A DNA stretch of 63,181 bases, counting the filler, from Thraustochytrium aureum (Eukaryota): NCBI GenBank assembly GCA_012862495.1. It is 7 parts of 5 records of this genome, joined end to end, with 100 filler letters (N's around TTAATTAATTAA, not from the genome) between each part and the next. Parts side by side here need not be neighbours in the genome. Positions count along the whole stretch, not along the records: positions 16,770 to 42,616 come from BLSG01000095.1; 6 more parts are not named here. The stretch is one strand, 5' to 3'. This document shows positions 22,929-35,162 of the stretch, one piece after another (position 1 is the stretch's first letter; the number at the start of each line of letters is the position of its first letter). The notes below the pieces were generated by a model. The model was given only the letters and a program-made list of their open reading frames with translations, had not been told where the DNA came from and made no database searches. A program made the translations under genes and the position numbers.

Positions 22929-23847
22929 NNNNNNNNNNNNNNNNNNNNNNNNNNNNNNNNNNNNNNNNNNNNNNNNNNNNNNNNNNNNNNNNNNNNNNNN
23001 NNNNNNNNNNNNNNNNNNNNNNNNNNNNNNNNNNNNNNNNNNNNNNNNNNNNNNNNNNNNNNNNNNNNNNNNNNNNNNNNNNNNNNNNNNNNNNNNNNNN
23101 NNNNNNNNNNNNNNNNNNNNNNNNNNNNNNNNNNNNNNNNNNNNNNNNNNNNNNNNNNNNNNNNNNNNNNNNNNNNNNNNNNNNNNNNNNNNNNNNNNNN
23201 NNNNNNNNNNNNNNNNNNNNNNNNNNNNNNNNNNNNNNNNNNNNNNNNNNNNNNNNNNNNNNNNNNNNNNNNNNNNNNNNNNNNNNNNNNNNNNNNNNNN
23301 NNNNNNNNNNNNNNNNNNNNNNNNNNNNNNNNNNNNNNNNNNNNNNNNNNNNNNNNNNNNNNNNNNNNNNNNNNNNNNNNNNNNNNNNNNNNNNNNNNNN
23401 NNNNNNNNNNNNNNNNNNNNNNNNNNNNNNNNNNNNNNNNNNNNNNNNNNNNNNNNNNNNNNNNNNNNNNNNNNNNNNNNNNNNNNNNNNNNNNNNNNNN
23501 NNNNNNNNNNNNNNNNNNNNNNNNNNNNNNNNNNNNNNNNNNNNNNNNNNNNNNNNNNNNNNNNNNNNNNNNNNNNNNNNNNNNNNNNNNNNNNNNNNNN
23601 NNNNNNNCCAACGCCCCGCGAGCCGCGCGCGCAGCCCCCGCGGCGTCGTCGCGGCTGGCTGGCTGTCGCTGCCCGGCTCGGACGGTCGACGGGACGGAGG
23701 GATGAGATGGACGAATGGAGCAGGGGATCGACGAGATGACGCCTGAGATGACACGATGAACGGCCGGGATGACGGCCGCGCAGCAGACCCGCAACGCACC
23801 GCGACGCGCGGCCGCGCGCAGAGCAGCAGAGCAAGCAGGAGCGCGCG

Positions 23848-23883
<36 letters not shown>
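23848..23883 (+). repeat. (GGCA)n microsatellite
   Basis: Direct reading. Confidence 0.9.
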
Positions 23884-23884
<1 letters not shown>

Positions 23885-24003
23885 GCGCGCGCAGGCGGGC
23901 GCCAGGCTGGGGTCCCTGGGGGATCGCCGGGCGGGCTGGGACGGCTCCGGGCTGCGTGCGTGCAGAGTGGGCGGGCAACGCTGGCGAAGCAGGCTTGGAC
24001 GGG

Positions 24004-25743
24004 ATGGCGAGGATTCCACGGCATGAGGCGAGGGCGAAGCGAGCGGAACTGTTCAGCTGGGGTCAGAATGCGTACGGCGAGTTGGCGCACGGCGACCTGG
24101 CCGAACGCGCGGTGCCGGAGACGGTTGCGTTCGTTCGCGAGAATGAACTGGACGTCAAGCAGGTGGTCGCCGGGAATGAGCACACGGCGCTGCTGACGGA
24201 GGGCGGCGGCGTGTATTGTTGCGGGTACAATGACAGCGGGCAGTGCGGCGTCGGCCACGTGCGGCGCGTGCACGCGCTGGAGCGAGTTTCGGCGCTCGAC
24301 GGGAAAGACGTCACGCAGCTTTACAGTGCGAACGGGTGCGAGCACATCTTTGCGATTACTGCCTCAGGCGAGCTCTACGCCTGGGGGTACAACAACCGGG
24401 GCCAGCTGGGCCTCGGCGTGGAGAGCCACGTCTCGCTCCCGCGGCAGGTCGAGTCGCTGCGAACCAAGCAGGTCAACAAGGTCGCGTGCTCGTACTACCA
24501 CTCGTTGGTCAGCACGGCAGACAATCTTATCTACTCGTTCGGCCGCAATGACTACGGCCAGCTGGGCGTCGGGGACACGCTGGACAAGCCCAGCCCCGCC
24601 TTGGTGCGAAGCGTCCCCCACGGCGCGGTCTCCAGCATCGCTTGCGGCCAGTACCACTCTGTGCTCTCCATCGACGGCGTTGGGGTCTACTCGTGCGGCA
24701 AGAACGACTATGGCCAGCTTGGAACGCCTGGCGGCGGCGAGCCGCAGATCCTCTTTGCCCGGGTTGACACGACCCCTGGCACTCCTTTGCCCCGCCACGT
24801 TGCAAGCGTGGCCTGCGGCTACTACCACAGCGTCGCGCTCACCGACGACGGCCAAGTCTTCTCCTGGGGTCGAAACGACTACGGGCAGCTCGGGCTGGGC
24901 GACAAGGAGATGAAGCGCCGCCCGCACCGTGTGCTCGGCATCCCGCCGATCAAGCAGATCTCCAGCGGGTGCTACCACACGCTCATGCTATCCTCTGACG
25001 GCCGCCTCTACGCTCAGGGTCGCAACAACCACGGCCAGCTCGGCACGAGTGCAGGCGACGACACCGTCGTCCCTGTCAAGCTTGAGGCCTTGGAAGGCGT
25101 GGTCATCGCCTCCGTCGCAGCTGGGTTTTACCACTCTGTCTGCCTCACGCCTTCCGCAGAGGCGATCCCGGAACCGCCCAAGCCAACCCTGAGCGAGGAC
25201 TTGCGGGCCATGCTCAACAACCCTGCGCGCAGCGACGTCCAGTTCAAAGTGGATGGCGAGACCATATTTGCGCACCGTGTCTTCATCATGGCGCGGTGCG
25301 AGCCGCTCTCCAAGATGCTCGACGGCCCGATGAAGGAGAGCTCGCAGGACGTGATCGAGCTGCCCGACTTGCAGGCGCCCATCTTTTTGGCGCTCATCGA
25401 GTTCTTGTACACAGACCAAGTCAGGGCGCTAAGCAATCCGATGGTGGATATCGACTTTGCGCTCGACCTGCAAGCGTTGGCGGACAAGTTTCTCGTCAAC
25501 CGCCTCAAGGCGCTCTGTGAAATCGCGATCGACAAGTCTGTCGACGTGGAGAATGTGGCGCTGACGTTCCAGATTGCCGACGCTCGCAACGCGGCGCACC
25601 TTCGCCAGCGGTGCTTTGACTTCATTTTGCGCGAATTCAGCAAAGTGGTGGGCACCGAAGGTTTTGTGCAGCTCCCGCGCGACTTGCTTCGCGAGATCTT
25701 TCTGGTCGTGCACCAGCGCGGCGTCATTGTGCGCCAGCCTTAG
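24004..25743 (+). CDS. RCC1-repeat and BTB/POZ domain protein (RCBTB-like)
   Basis: Seven RCC1 repeats (WG.N.YGQLG.G; ACG..HS), then BTB SDVQFKVDGETIFAHRVFIMARC...FLYTD. ATG at 24004 chosen as start. Confidence 0.92.
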   Translation: MARIPRHEARAKRAELFSWGQNAYGELAHGDLAERAVPETVAFVRENELDVKQVVAGNEHTALLTEGGGVYCCGYNDSGQCGVGHVRRVHALERVSALDGKDVTQLYSANGCEHIFAITASGELYAWGYNNRGQLGLGVESHVSLPRQVESLRTKQVNKVACSYYHSLVSTADNLIYSFGRNDYGQLGVGDTLDKPSPALVRSVPHGAVSSIACGQYHSVLSIDGVGVYSCGKNDYGQLGTPGGGEPQILFARVDTTPGTPLPRHVASVACGYYHSVALTDDGQVFSWGRNDYGQLGLGDKEMKRRPHRVLGIPPIKQISSGCYHTLMLSSDGRLYAQGRNNHGQLGTSAGDDTVVPVKLEALEGVVIASVAAGFYHSVCLTPSAEAIPEPPKPTLSEDLRAMLNNPARSDVQFKVDGETIFAHRVFIMARCEPLSKMLDGPMKESSQDVIELPDLQAPIFLALIEFLYTDQVRALSNPMVDIDFALDLQALADKFLVNRLKALCEIAIDKSVDVENVALTFQIADARNAAHLRQRCFDFILREFSKVVGTEGFVQLPRDLLREIFLVVHQRGVIVRQP

Positions 25744-26296
25744 CGAACCGGACTCTACAGAGTGCAATCAGCAACCATTTTACAACCTGTATAGCTTTTT
25801 TCTTTTCCTTTTTTCCTTTCTACAAGCACCCAACGCCAACTCGACGCGCCCTTTACTCGCGCCGATGCGAGTCCTGCCTGCCTGTGCAGCCGTTCTTGCC
25901 CCAGCCGCACGAGTGCTGCGACGCGTTTTTTGCTACTGCATGGTGTTGCTGGGTTGGCTACGGAAAAGTAAAGGAATTCTGCTGCCTCCTTAGGCCGCCA
26001 CAGACGGGGCATCTCTGCGCGCGGCGGAGGCCGCGTGCTGAAGAGCCCCCAGACCAGACCAGTCCCATGGGAACCGGACTGTCAACGAAACGTTTGAAGA
26101 TGGCGAATCCGATTATCCTACAAGGTGCATGGGCGGTACGCGTAGATCCGTTACGCAAAATCGTGCAGAGCTCCTGCGACTTCCGCCAGAGCTCCAGCCA
26201 GAGGCCGCACCGCGGCGTATCTGGCTCGGCTCGCGGTCTGGGCAAGCGCTCAAGTCGCCGGAGCTCGCCCTTGTCGCCGGCGCGCCTGTCCACATC

Positions 26297-27469
26297 ATGG
26301 CCTCAAGGCTCGGGGTTGGCACCGGCGAGACCGCAGAAGCGGACGCCGTAGTGCTCGAGTACCTTGAGCGCGAGCAGCTCCTTGACACATGGGAATGCAT
26401 GCAGTCCGAGAGGATCGCAACGCGGTTCAATGCGTCGGCCAAGGACCTCCCGAGCCCTATGCGCAGCGCTGAAGGGAAGGCGCTCGAAGGCGATGAAGAA
26501 GAAGCAAAGACAACCAAGCCGATGCCACCAAGTCCGCGTCTCGGCCCAGAGGAGGGCGAGTCGCGCGAGGCTTTGATAAAGGATCTGTGGCGGGCGTTTG
26601 ATCTCGCCGACGCAGCAGTGTTTTTCGACAGCTGGGACCGCCTGGACGTCGAGCAGCGCGGGTCGCGCGAACAGACTGTGAAGGACGAGCTGACCTTCCG
26701 CCTCCACATGCGATTCTTTGCGCGTGCGCCCCCTCCGGGCGCGGCGTCTTCGAGGGAAGACGAGGTTGCGCGCTTGCTGGTGTTCCTAAATGGGGACGGA
26801 GCGCGGATCGCAAAGGCGCAGCCAAGCCTGTTCAAGTACTTTGCGCTTCCGCATGTCGAGCGCCCGGAGGCCCACGAGAGCTTCGCTGCGCTGTACTCGG
26901 CTGCCTTTGAAGCTGACGTTCGTGCCAGCCTCAACGACATCCTCGACCGGTTACGCGTTGTCAAGACACAGCAGCCGAAACTGCGCGAGCTTTTGAGAGA
27001 GCAGCAGAGCTTCCGGAGGATGTTCGAGAGCCAACTTGCCGAGGCAGCTGCGCGGATCGTCGAGCTGGAGGCCACAAGCGGCAAGCTCTGCGCGATCGCT
27101 GTCAAGCTGCTGCACGATTTATCACATGGCCACAAGCCCCGGCCGGGTGAGGTTGCAAGGGCAAAGGCAGAGCTTGTTAGACTGAAGCAGGTCAAGGAAG
27201 GGGACGGCCGGGACTGGCCGGCTTCTCTTGGTGTCTCGTCGAGTGTGGAACCAAGCGAGCTACGCACTGAAACGATNNNNNNNNNNNNNNNNNNNNNNNN
27301 NNNNNNNNNNNNNNNNNNNNNNNNNNNNNNNNNNNNNNNNNNNNNNNNNNNNNNNNNNNNNNNNNNNNNNNNNNNNNNNNNNNNNNNNNNNNNNNNNNNN
27401 NNNNNNNNNNNNNNNNNNNNNNNNNNNNNNNNNNNNNNNNNNNNNNNNNNNNNNNACGACAGCTTTTGA
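26297..27469 (+). CDS. ARMC9: LisH-domain ARMC9-like protein (N-terminal region only; end uncertain because of gap)
   Basis: LisH VVLEYLEREQLLDTWECMQSE; AFDLADAAVFFDSW, LTFRLHMRF and FKYFALPHVERPEAHESFAALY match the ARMC9 N-terminal blocks as I recall them. Confidence 0.7.
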   Translation: MASRLGVGTGETAEADAVVLEYLEREQLLDTWECMQSERIATRFNASAKDLPSPMRSAEGKALEGDEEEAKTTKPMPPSPRLGPEEGESREALIKDLWRAFDLADAAVFFDSWDRLDVEQRGSREQTVKDELTFRLHMRFFARAPPPGAASSREDEVARLLVFLNGDGARIAKAQPSLFKYFALPHVERPEAHESFAALYSAAFEADVRASLNDILDRLRVVKTQQPKLRELLREQQSFRRMFESQLAEAAARIVELEATSGKLCAIAVKLLHDLSHGHKPRPGEVARAKAELVRLKQVKEGDGRDWPASLGVSSSVEPSELRTETXXXXXXXXXXXXXXXXXXXXXXXXXXXXXXXXXXXXXXXXXXXXXXXXXXXXXXXXXXXXXDSF

Positions 27470-27557
27470 TAAATAGCAGGAAACACCTCAGGCCAAGCAC
27501 GCCTCGGTGGTCCCAGCGGCGGCGCGTCGGCAACTGTCGAAACCTCGCCGAGTGCCA

Positions 27558-30500
27558 TCACTTGATGCTAATGAGCTCGATGTCTGGGTCCTCCGGGTTG
27601 TGCATCTCGATCATGTTTTGGATCTCAAAGCTGGCGCGATTCCCGCTCGAGGAGAGGTGCTGCACAGAGCCGATTTGGGCTGTGGACGGGATGTACTTTG
27701 CTGCGGCAGAATCAAAGCCGCCAGAGTTGAGCACGCGACTTAAAAGCGAGCGGCGACGGAGCACAGCCGCGTCGGCAGGAGCGGGCGCAGCACCTTCTGG
27801 AGCGTTTGAGATGCTCAATTTCCTTGGCGGCTTGACGGTGGCCGAGTCAAGGTTGCCAGCAGCAATGGCTTTCCGAATCCGATCTGCAAACTTTGGTTTG
27901 CGCGTCGACTTCGGCGTGCTTGCGACCGGCTTGGACCCCCCACTGGTCAGGGATGCTAGAAAATCGCTCGGATCTGACTGCTTGCTGTCCTCCGGGAGCG
28001 AGGCGATGAGTTCTTGGACGAGGTGAAATTTGCTCGTTGAGGTCCTTGCAGCTGGCGGCAGTTTGGCCCCAGGCTTGAGCTCGAGGTTGTGAAACGCCCA
28101 TCGCGCAGTCATGAGGCGGTCAAACTCCAGCGCTATGAGCGTCAGCTCATTGAGAAGCAGTCCATAGTCCACGCGATTGAGCAGCTTGTAGCTGCTCGAG
28201 GAAAGGACCTGCTCCATCCGCTCGAGCTTTGCGTCGATCGGGTCCACGAGGGAGTATTTGTCAATGTCGATTTCGTCGCCAGTGAGCGCCGCCTTCTTCG
28301 CGGCTGCCCCATACTTGAACTTGCTGTCTTCGCTTATTGCAAACGCTCGCTCAAGCACTATCTCATGCTGTTTCGGCGGCTGCAGAATGGTGCGGCAAAT
28401 GCGGTTGACAAAGTCGTCGAAATTGGAGATCCCACTGTAGTTGTCCAGCTGGAACGACTCAAGCAAAAGCACGACGCGCGCTCGCGGCCCGCACTGACCG
28501 TTCTTGCTGGTCATGTACCGTTGGAGTTTCTCGGAGGCAGCGTGCTTCTTGCGTGGGAGCACCTTTGCGGCGGCCCGGCCAAGCGTGGATTCGTTCTTCC
28601 ACTCGAGATTGGTGGCAACAATCTCCGCGAGTGGAAGGCAGAGCGGAAACTCCGAATAAGCGCTGGAGAGTGAGGGCGCCGAAGAAGATTTCCGTGCAAA
28701 ATTCGCCAGGAACTGTGAGCTTGCGCCATTGTCCCGCCCCGCCAGGGTCTCCGAGCCAAGAGCGAGCCCCGTCCTTTTCGTGGGGCTCGAGACGGTGCCA
28801 GAACGCTGAAACGTCCGTTTGGAAGGAATTTGCGACAGCGCTGCAATTGCTGCGGCAAACCCGCCCCCCCCCTTGGATATTGGGGCGACTGCTGTCGGCC
28901 GCTCTGGGGAAGCGCTTCGGCGTCCGACGAAACGAAGATTGCGCCAAGGGTCCCGAGCACAGGATTGTAGGCGAGAGCGCAGACGTCGAGCGCCTCCTTG
29001 AACGTCTCAAACCGAGCTCGATTGTCGCTCTTGAGCTGCTTGACCTTCTCCTCCGTGCTCCCCACGGACTGGATTGCTTGAGCAACCGAATTAGAAATGG
29101 TGCCGACCAAGCCGACGCCGAAAATCATCATGAAGAGCGCGATGACCCGCCCGAACTGCGTGAGCGGAGCGTAGTCGCCGTAGCCCACGGTGGTGACGGT
29201 TACTGCAGCGAACCAAAGCGACTTGGAGAACGAGCCCAGCCCGTCCGGGTCGCCCTGAATCTCCACCTGGACGAGCAGCGACGCGCTAATGACCAGAAAC
29301 GCGACGAGCAAGCATACAATAAACGTGTTGGGGGCCAAGAGCATGCGCACGACGAGGCTCTCCTCCATGAAGGCGCGCCGGTAAACGCGGTAGACGCGAA
29401 AGACGACGAGGACGCGCGCAAGCTGCGCGACCATATAGTAGTCTGACATGTACTCGCTTGCGGCGGGCGGGATCGTCACGAGCGCCAGCACGGCAGGCCA
29501 ATCACGGAGCAAAACGGTGATCGCAGAGGGCTCGCTCCACCGCACCTTCTCCAAGAGCACGATGAAGAAGGCGGAGGAAATCGACCAGTCGACCCAAGCG
29601 AGCTGGCTCCGGGCCCGCAGGGACATTGCACCGACCCCGTACGTAAACTGATACGTCATAGGGAGATACCCAACCAGCATGCTCAGGATGGAGAGCAAGT
29701 CAAGCGCGACCTGCATGTACCGAGCGCACATCGCGAGCCGTGGGTGGATATCGGCGAGCATCAAGTGCACTACATTCTCGCAGAGTTTGGAGAAAATGGG
29801 CAGCAGCTCGTCGTATTCATCCCCGCTGCTCAGCATTCGCGAGGCGAGGTCTTTCAGCTGGATCAGCTCAAAGCTTTGCAGGCGGACGATGAGGTGCTCG
29901 CCCAAGACAGCTGTTTGCGTGGAGCTTGGCGCTGCTTTGTCGCCCCCGCGCTTTGGGCTGCTGCTTTCGTCCTCAGGCGACAAAACGCTGCGCTCTCGTT
30001 CCACTGGAGTGCGCAAGAGGTCTGCGNNNNNNNNNNNNNNNNNNNNNNNNNNNNNNNNNNNNNNNNNNNNNNNNNNNNNNNNNNNNNNNNNNNNNNNNNN
30101 NNNNNNNNNNNNNNNNNNNNNNNNNNNNNNNNNNNNNNNNNNNNNNNNNNNNNNNNNNNNNNNNNNNNNNNNNNNNNNNNNNNNNNNNNNNNNNNNNNNN
30201 NNNNNNNNNNNNNNNNNNNNNNNNNNNNNNNNNNNNNTTTCGCGTGCGCTCGTTGCAACTCCGCTCAGCCGTTTCCCATTGCCGTTCGGTCTGGAGAGGA
30301 CCTCTTCTTCAATCATCTCGTACAGAATGTAGAACGAGACGTGGAATCTGTCGGAAGCGCGCAAGACACCAAGGCGAGCGAGCACGAAGAGGACAGTAAA
30401 CAGAATGTAGAGGACCACGTTGTCGCTCACGCAGGCCCCGACCTCGTTAGATGCTGCGCAGGCACTGCCCGACATGTCGACGAGGTCAGCGGCGTCGCCG

Positions 30501-32079
30501 AGCCCGTCGTTGTCGCTATCCCGTACCTGAACGCCGTCCATGGGAAACGCGTCCTCGGTGTCCAGCACCCCGTCATTGTCCTTGTCGACGTCAAACATCG
30601 TGAGCACGCCCGTTTCGTTGTTTGCGAGAATAACGGTGTCATAGAAAACCGAGGCGCTCGCGAGGTTGGCAGCCATGCCTGGCGAAAAGGAGCACGCGTT
30701 CGAGTAGAGCTGTCCCTGTTCGCCTGCCCGGTCGAAGCGGAAAACAAGAACGCCGTCCAAAAGGTAGAGCAGCGAGTCCCGCGAGGCCTGTTGCAGTCTG
30801 AGCACCTGCCCCGGCTCGGTGTGAAACACGGTCGACAGCGATTCGCACGAGTCCGCAATCACGCACGACCGCACAAAGCAAACCATGTCTTGAGCTGCTG
30901 TTGGCGACGAGCAAAGGTGCACAAATACCTTGGTCGACGTCAGCAAGGCGTTCCAGAGATAGGGGCTCGCACCGTTCGGCCAACTCGGCCCAAGGTTGGC
31001 CACCTCGGACAGCTCGAGCGTTTTGGAAGTCCATTCCGGTAGGAGGGCGAGCTTCACGCTGGCGCGCGAGCTGGGGCCAATTGGCAGAGCTCGGCCCTCG
31101 AGGTCGATTCTGCCTTGCTCGAGGTCCACAGCAACGGCTGAGGGGAGCTGCAGCCAGATTGCGGCTGTCAACGCCGTGTCGCGCGATGCAACCCTGAGAA
31201 AGGCTGTAGATGCCCCGTCCGTGCTCTGGCCCAGGCTCATGATCGAATCAGTGTCCATGTTGTACAATAAAGACAAGGTCCGACTGTGCTCTGGGTAGTA
31301 CTCTGTGAAGGCGATGTACCGTCCAGACGCGGAAGGCGCGAAGCGCACGATTGACGAGAGGTGCGTGCCATGGAGTATACGGAGCGCGAGCGGCGTTCTT
31401 GGGACCTCTTGAACGCCTTGCATATCGCTTGAATCAAACAATATGCTGCTGTCGCTAAAGCTTGCGCCCCCTGACGCAGAGAGATCGACCCAGGTTGACG
31501 TGGGTCGTGCCTTGAAATCGCCGAATACTTGGTCGACACTGAGCTGGCGCGGGCGCTGCCACACGTCGAACAAGAGGCTTGTAAGAGACTCGGTCTGCCC
31601 TGCGACCAAATACTCGAATGCGAGTTCCTCGCGGCTTAGGAAGCGGCCGCTCGGCCAGACGCGCTCGCGCTTTAGGATCTGACTCGCAGGTTCCAAGAAG
31701 TTGTACTCAGAGTAGTTGACGAGGCGCAGCACGTGCACAGACCCTTGGCGGTCATTGTGAGAGAGCCCCTCGTGGATATAGAATACGGTTTCGCCCACGA
31801 GCTGCATGTTGGAGGAGCTGTCGAAGATCCCGGTCGCCGCTTGTGACGAGAGCGACGCTGGAGCCCTTTGCTTGAGCTTGCGCGGAACGAAGCGCGAATC
31901 GACACTTGACAAAAAGTCGCAATAGCACGGCGTTGCCCCGTGGCATGGCATTTCGCGCTGCAGTCTCGTTGCAGCGGCTGCGCTCGCACTTTGCGAGATG
32001 AGCGCAACGGCAGCGACCCCGATCGCGGCCAGCCGCCGCGCTCTCGCGCTCCAGTGCGTAGAGCGCCGTGCCCCTGCAT
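27558..32079 (-). CDS. 6TM voltage-gated-type K+ channel with signal peptide, large ectodomain with TSP type-3 repeats and an extra TM helix (frameshifts at about 32073, 28865 and 28640; internal gap)
   Basis: Filter TVTTVGYGD; S4 QLARVLVVFRVYRVYRR; S5/S6 helices; DKDNDGVLDTEDAFPMD..DSDNDGLGDAAD; TM VVLYILFTVLFVLA; signal-like RRLAAIGVAAVALISQSASA. The ORF 27558-28562 is interpreted as the cytosolic tail. Start and tail joins are inferred. Confidence 0.75.
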
Positions 32080-32715
32080 TCTCCTCTCGGCTCGCGTCCT
32101 GGTCGCCCTCGCGTCGGGCCCCTGCGCAACGCCGGCGCGGCCGCTTGTGCCCGAGCAATCCNNNNNNNNNNNNNNNNNNNNNNNNNNNNNNNNNNNNNNN
32201 NNNNNNNNNNNNNNNNNNNNNNNNNNNNNNNNNNNNNNNNNNNNNNNNNNNNNNNNNNNNNNNNNNNNNNNNNNNNNNNNNNNNNNNNNNNNNNNNNNNN
32301 NNNNNNNNNNNNNNNNNNNNNNNNNNNNNNNNNNNNNNNNNNNNNNNNNNNNNNNNNNNNNNNNNNNNNNNNNNNNNNNNNNNNNNNNNNNNNNNNNNNN
32401 NNNNNNNNNNNNNNNNNNNNNNNNNNNNNNNNNNNNNNNNNNNNNNNNNNNNNNNNNNNNNNNNNNNNNNNNNNNNNNNNNNNNNNNNNNNNNNNNNNNN
32501 NNNNNNNNNNNNNNNNNNNNNNNNNNNNNNNNNNNNNNNNNNNNNNNNNNNNNNNNNNNNNNNNNNNNNNNNNNNNNNNNNNNNNNNNNNNNNNNNNNNN
32601 NNNNNNNNNNNNNNNNNNNNNNNNNNNNNNNNNNNNNNNNNNNNNNNNNNNNNNNNNNNNNNNNNNNNNNNNNNNNNNNNNNNNNNNNNNNNNNNNNNNN
32701 NNNNNNNNNNNNNNN

Positions 32716-33343
32716 AATAGTCGCGCGGGGCACACATGCGCGCGGGCGGCTCGGTGATCGAGTGGAAGAGCTGCGTGCGGCCGAACCGGAACTTGTAGTG
32801 CTCGCGTAGGTAGATGAGCGAAGGGTCTGCCTCGCCGCGCGACTCGGCGCGGATCTGCGTCAGGAGCAGCACGCGCGGCGGCACGTTGAGCGTGGCCTTG
32901 ACCCGGACGTACACCAAGCCGTTCTTGCTGCGGGTCGCGCTCGACTCGTACTGCACGTCCTTGAGCCAGAACAGCTTCTTGGGCTCGGTCCAGTTGGAGC
33001 GCCCTCGCTTCTCTGCGGCGGCCTCGAGGACCTCCTCGAGGCAGGAAACAGAGGCGTCCTCCCAGGTGAGGACCTCCCCGTTCCACATCTCGAGCTGCTT
33101 TGGCATTTTGTTGGACTTTTGCCAGAAAAAGTACCACGCCGTGCTGCTCGCCAGCTGCGACAGCTTGCCTTGCAGCTCGAGCTCGCCTTCCTCGTCGCGC
33201 GCGTACTCGTTCGCCTCCAAGCGAGCTTCGGTGCGCGCCTTCTTAAACTGCGCTCGAGCGACGGCCACGGACTTGCGCGCCTTGGCTCGCTCATCCACCG
33301 ACATGCGCTTGCGCGCGGCGCTCTCGCGCTTGAACAGGCCCAT
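32716..33343 (-). CDS. START (StAR-related lipid transfer) domain protein, N-terminal part
   Basis: YVRVKATLNVPP...D.S.....Y....QLFHSITEPPARMCAPRDY includes the typical START 'PRD' motif; the rest lies in the gap. Confidence 0.6.
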
Positions 33344-34475
33344 CCCGCCCGGCGCAGGTCAGGTCACGCACCCGTCAGATCCAAAACCCGCGCGCGGCCC
33401 TCGGGCGTCCGCCAGCGAGCGAGGTCTTGCGAGGCGCAAACGGGGGCGAGGCCAGCCTGCTCGCACGACGGCCCCAGCGAACCGCCCGCCAACGCTCGTG
33501 CCGGCAAGGCGACTGACTCGATTGCGGCTCTGCTCGAGCCTCGCCCTCACCGCCTTCTGGCTGGCTCCTGCCCGCCTGGCGCTTCGGCTCTGGTCCTCGC
33601 CCAAGGCGCACAGCAATGGCCAAGTCAGTGCCCTGGAGTTACGGCGATACTGTACGGCAACGCGCCGGTGGCCCCAGGGGCGCACGTGCGCAGCAACAAA
33701 GCAGCCTTCGAGGAGCGGGGAAGGAAGGAAGGAACTGGCATCGCGAGCCGCCTGGCGGTGGGGAACGCGGTGCGCGACGCGCCATCGCGTCGTGGCCTGG
33801 CGTCCGCGACCCCGGCGGCCTCTTGAGGCTTCTCTTGACGCGGCTTGGACAGGGCCGGAATGAATGCGCTACTCGTAGGTGAGTACTCCGAGGCCACTCA
33901 CCGCCGATCGCTCAGCGAGACAGACGCACAGACGCACGGACAGACTGGTCATGAGGTGGCCGACAACATCGCCTCACAGGCGCGATCATCTCACAGGCCG
34001 CCGGCGCCGCGCAGTGTAGAATCAATCAATCCATCAGGGCATTCATTGCAGCTGTCGTTGAGTGGGCCGCGCTGTTTCACCCCCGCTAGCCGCGCATTAC
34101 TCTCGCAGGGCGCCTCACAACGGCAGGCCAGATCGCCCTCGCGGTCGCTGCCTCCTGCCTTGCGGCCTTGCGAGCCTGCCTGCCTGCGTGCCTGCCTTGC
34201 GTGCGTGCCTTGCACGCTTCGGGTCGCTTCGGGTCTTCCCTCTTTGTCCAGCGTGTCGTTGATCGAGGTCGTTCGTTGCCTTGCTGCGCGGCGCGCGAGT
34301 GGGGACGGCGGCAGAGCTCGAACGCACGGCACGTCGCGAGGCGCAGCGAGTCTGACAGACGCACGGACTGGCGGACTGAGACGCACGGGGCCCGGCTCGG
34401 AGACAGGGCGGCAGGAGGAGCACAGGTAGGCGCCAGCTCGGCGATCGAGGACCTGGGGCGGTCGTTGGAACGGAA

Positions 34476-35162
34476 ATGGACAACGAGGTGCAGTTCGCGG
34501 CCCTGTCTGTGTGGCGCGGGATCAGGAATGGGCTGTACTATGGGTGCAAGATCCGCATCCCGCACGCGCTGGTGATGACGCTGCTGTTCCGGCGAAGCAG
34601 CGACCTGCGCAAGATGGCGGACCCGATCGCCAAGCTGACGTGGGAGCACAGCCGCAACCTTGCGCTCTTCGTTGGCGGGTACAAGTCACTGCTGGCGCTG
34701 TCGCGGCTTGTGCACGTCAAGCTCGGCGACAAGCTCAAGAGCTTGCCCGGGGAGCCCGTGAGCCAGATGGACTCGTTCCTGGCGGCCGCCTTCGTTGGCC
34801 ACTTTGTGTGGGGCCGGTACAGCTCGGTCAACTCGCAGATCGTCATGTATCTGCTCTCGCGCGTCCTCTTCGCGCTCCCCAAGGTGCTGAGCAAGCACGA
34901 CGTCGCTCCCTTCAACAAGATCACCTTTGACCAGGCCTACCCGTGGGTGGCCTCGGGCGTCTGGGGCGTCGTGCTCTGGCTCTACGAGTTCCACCCCGAC
35001 ACCTTGCAGCAGAGCCTGTTCAGCTCGATGGACTTTCTGTACCACGAGTCAAACCACTGGAAGGCCGGCGTCGCCGAAGACTTCCTGCCGAGCCCGGTCA
35101 CGGCAGCAGTTTACGTGTACCTTGCGCTGCGGGCGCGCGAGTTGGCGGTGGGCAAAAAGTAG
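34476..35162 (+). CDS. PXMP4: Peroxisomal membrane protein 4 (PMP24, Tim17 family)
   Basis: RGIRNGLYYGCKIRIPHALVMTLLFR; TWEHSRNLALFV; SVNSQIVMYLLSR; SSMDFLY. Confidence 0.92.
   Translation: MDNEVQFAALSVWRGIRNGLYYGCKIRIPHALVMTLLFRRSSDLRKMADPIAKLTWEHSRNLALFVGGYKSLLALSRLVHVKLGDKLKSLPGEPVSQMDSFLAAAFVGHFVWGRYSSVNSQIVMYLLSRVLFALPKVLSKHDVAPFNKITFDQAYPWVASGVWGVVLWLYEFHPDTLQQSLFSSMDFLYHESNHWKAGVAEDFLPSPVTAAVYVYLALRARELAVGKK

Noticed and set aside
28511..33343. 1610-aa START-ectodomain-K+ channel fusion ORF
   Set aside because: The frame passes through a ~550-nt N gap, and a signal-peptide-like segment begins after the gap. Two genes are more likely, though this is not excluded until the gap is closed.
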